Source: an uncultured Solirubrobacterales bacterium
GTDB lineage: Bacteria; Actinomycetota; Thermoleophilia; Solirubrobacterales; Solirubrobacteraceae
DNA: 64,000 nt
Reading direction: 5' to 3'
Assembly: GCA_963782025.1 (NCBI GenBank)
Contig: CAWAIB010000005.1
Coordinates: 483,919 to 547,918, forward strand
Shown here piece by piece: positions 62,098 through 64,000 of the stretch (the first letter of the stretch is position 1; each line of letters opens with the position of its first letter). The translations under genes were made by a program, and so were the position numbers. The notes under the pieces are model-generated. The model ran no database searches and was not told where the DNA came from. It saw only the letters and a program-made list of their open reading frames with translations.

Positions 62098-62615
62098 GGT
62101 CCGTGCAGCCCCGATCCGGGCCTTGATCTCGGCCAGGAACTGCGGGTAGTCGGCGGACAGCGCGTCGCTCCGGCGTAAGGGTGCAGAACAAGTCATCGAA
62201 CACATGTTTGTATGTGGCCAGGACGGAACGAGGCTACTCCAGGCGTCTGGCCCGCCTTCACGGCCGCTGATCAGGGCCCAACCAAGGCAAGCAGAGTCCG
62301 GGTCTTTCGTCTCTCGGCCAATAAGTCCGCGAAGCGGTATTGGCCGAGAGACGAAAGACCCGGGATCTGCGCCGAGGCGGCGCTCGCCTATGGCGTGCGA
62401 GTGGTGTGTCTGTGTGCCGGAAGAGCCTGTGCGGGAGACGCCCGCCTGTGACCAACAAGTAACCATCTGTGAAGCCGGGCCTGAGATCGGCTACGGGGTG
62501 TGTTTTGGCAGTTATGAAGGCCGTCTTGATGAGCGTCAAAATCATGCCGACCCCACGCCAAGGGCGCGCCGGTGGCGCATGGTTCTGCCCATGCTCGCCT
62601 TCGCGATCGTCCTCG
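62098..62615. repeat. composite module L6: yhcG 5' fragment (about 33 codons), SOS-like box, spacer, type-1 hairpin, E module, F module
   Basis: Minus strand 62196..62098 reads MTCSAPLRRSDALSADYPQFLAEIKARIGAAR... Hairpin arms 62297-62323 and 62338-62364. E module 62372-62440, F module 62441-62615. Confidence 0.85.
62197..62210. promoter_or_regulatory. SOS-box-like site (CGAACACATGTTTG)
   Basis: GAAC-N4-GTTT in the module position of the perfect boxes. One half-site mismatch. Confidence 0.4.
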
Positions 62616-62673
62616 CCGCCCATGTCCAGCAGGCGCGGGCGCCACAAGCCGCGGATATATAGCAAAATGTACT

Positions 62674-62702
62674 TTGCCTAAGTCCGCTTTGCTTGATATG
62701 AT
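62674..62702 (+). promoter_or_regulatory. candidate sigma-70-type promoter for a leaderless transcript of the DUF234 ATPase gene
   Basis: TTGCCT (62674-62679), 17-nt spacer, TATGAT (62697-62702), then GTG start at 62709, 6 nt downstream. Locally AT-rich. Confidence 0.45.
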
Positions 62703-62708
62703 GGCATT

Positions 62709-64000
62709 GTGACGCTTGCCCGACCAGAGGATGTTTTCGACCGGGTCTTGGAGTGGGAGGATCTGGCCTCGTTTGTGACCGCGGGCGGTGACGGTCTGCG
62801 CGTGGCGGTGGTGCACGGGCGTCGCCGGCAGGGCAAGTCTTATCTGCTACGGCGTCTCACAGCCGCGACGGAGGGCTTCTACCATCAGGCACTCGAGGAG
62901 GAGGCGACACCAGCGCTTGAGCATCTGGGTGAGGCTCTGGGCGACTGGCTGGGAGTACCGGGCGGCAGGCTGGCGTTCACGGACTGGTCCGCCGCTGTCG
63001 ACGCTGTTGCTGGCTTGCGTCGTGACGACGGTGATCCTGTGGTCGCGGTGATCGACGAGCTGCCGTACCTACTCGACCGAGTGCCAGAGCTCTCGTCGGC
63101 GTTGCAGCGTGCCGTCGATGCTTCGCGAGACGGACTAGGAGCACCGGTCCGTCTCGTCCTGTGCGGCTCGGCGCTGTCGGTGATGACGGGGCTGCTCTCC
63201 GGCCAGCGGGCGCTACGCGGTCGCATCGCCACCACGGTGAGAGTTGATCCGTTCGATTACCGTGAGGCAGCCTCCTATTGGGGCGTGGCCGGAAGCTGGC
63301 AAGTCGCGATCAGGCTTCACGCGATCGTGGGTGGAACCCCGGGCTATCGCGATCTGCTCGGGCTCGATCCGCCCCGCGACCTGGCGGCAATCGAGACATG
63401 GCTCGCCGCCGGCGTGTGCAACCCCGCGTCGGCGCTGTTCCGGGAGGACAACTATCTCCTGGCCGAGGAGCGTGGCCTCAACGACAGGGCGCTATACCAC
63501 TCCGTGCTGTCGGCGATCGCCGCCGGCAATCACACCGAAACCAAGATCGCGGCCGCGCTGGGACGCGACCGCCAGGCTCTGAGCTGGCCCCTGCGCGTAC
63601 TCGTCGATGCCGGTTTCGTGGTGCGCGACGACGACGCGCTGCGCCGGCGTCGCCCCGCCTATCGAATCGCCGAGCCGATCGTGCGCTTCCATCACGTCAT
63701 CACCCGGCGCGATCTGGCCCGCTTTGAGGAACGTCGCGCCGCGGACGCGTGGGCTGACGCTCAGGCACGCTTCGCAACGCACGTGCTGGGGCCTCACTTC
63801 GAGGATCTCGCTCGTCACTGGACGATCCGCTACGCCTCCGAGCAGACCACGGGCGGTCGCCTCGCTCGAGTAGGAGCGACGCAGGTGAACGACCCGGCCG
63901 GCCGCTCCCAAGCCGAGGTCGACGTCGTCGGCATCCGCGCGGGCGACTCCACGAAGGTCGGACTGCTCGGCGAGGCCAAGTTCCGCACCGAGCTGGCGGG
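62709..64000 (+). CDS. AAA ATPase with DUF234 nuclease-like C-terminal domain (partial, runs off the window)
   Basis: Open frame from GTG 62709 to the window end, so not in the track because it has no stop. Walker A VHGRRRQGKSYLL, Walker B VAVIDELPYL, GGTPGYR, wHTH-like region, then AEVDVVGIRAGDSTKVGLLGEAKF (E.D...GE.K). Confidence 0.8.
   Translation, partial: MTLARPEDVFDRVLEWEDLASFVTAGGDGLRVAVVHGRRRQGKSYLLRRLTAATEGFYHQALEEEATPALEHLGEALGDWLGVPGGRLAFTDWSAAVDAVAGLRRDDGDPVVAVIDELPYLLDRVPELSSALQRAVDASRDGLGAPVRLVLCGSALSVMTGLLSGQRALRGRIATTVRVDPFDYREAASYWGVAGSWQVAIRLHAIVGGTPGYRDLLGLDPPRDLAAIETWLAAGVCNPASALFREDNYLLAEERGLNDRALYHSVLSAIAAGNHTETKIAAALGRDRQALSWPLRVLVDAGFVVRDDDALRRRRPAYRIAEPIVRFHHVITRRDLARFEERRAADAWADAQARFATHVLGPHFEDLARHWTIRYASEQTTGGRLARVGATQVNDPAGRSQAEVDVVGIRAGDSTKVGLLGEAKFRTELA

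Noticed and set aside
16141-62375. Integron attC sites / gene cassettes
   Set aside because: - The stems are perfect, with no extrahelical bases.
- The cargo genes have their own promoters and lie on both strands.
- The junctions with the yhcG remnant vary.
- No intI-like integrase is present.

Overview
High-GC (roughly 68-70%) actinobacterial-type chromosomal segment. A Thermoleophilia/Solirubrobacterales-like origin is only a guess from gene content. I recognise about 55 protein-coding genes or gene remnants. I saw no rRNA, tRNA, CRISPR array, transposase or integrase. All domain calls come from motif recognition by eye, with no searches run.

Ordinary-looking parts (0.5-31 kb and 42.7-55.4 kb) encode accessory metabolism and regulation:
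- hydrolases, a DhlA-like haloalkane dehalogenase, a P450, three BBE-type FAD oxidase paralogs and several SAM methyltransferases
- an ABC exporter and a two-component system
- SARP/BTAD and LuxR-type STAND regulators
- three class III nucleotide-cyclase fusion proteins
- dprA and a repeat-rich surface-protein operon

The unusual content is non-coding. A co-oriented family of 27-bp-stem hairpins has a GCGAAGC apex and is followed by reiterated copies of one arm. It occurs at 10 or more loci, plus one diverged type-2 locus. In the full modules the hairpin sits next to a consensus LexA/SOS box, variable-length 5' fragments of a yhcG/DUF1016 nuclease gene, and further shared modules (D, E, F).

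These modules punctuate two cassette-like regions (34.7-42.2 kb and 56-64 kb). Those regions are filled with AAA ATPase-nuclease genes (DUF4143, Arch_ATPase, DUF234), AbiE-type toxin-antitoxin pairs (one toxin truncated) and debris of Abi/HEPN genes.

Other points:
- a 1.5-kb duplication has decayed reciprocally in its two copies
- five frame disruptions each need the same +1 correction, which may indicate assembly errors
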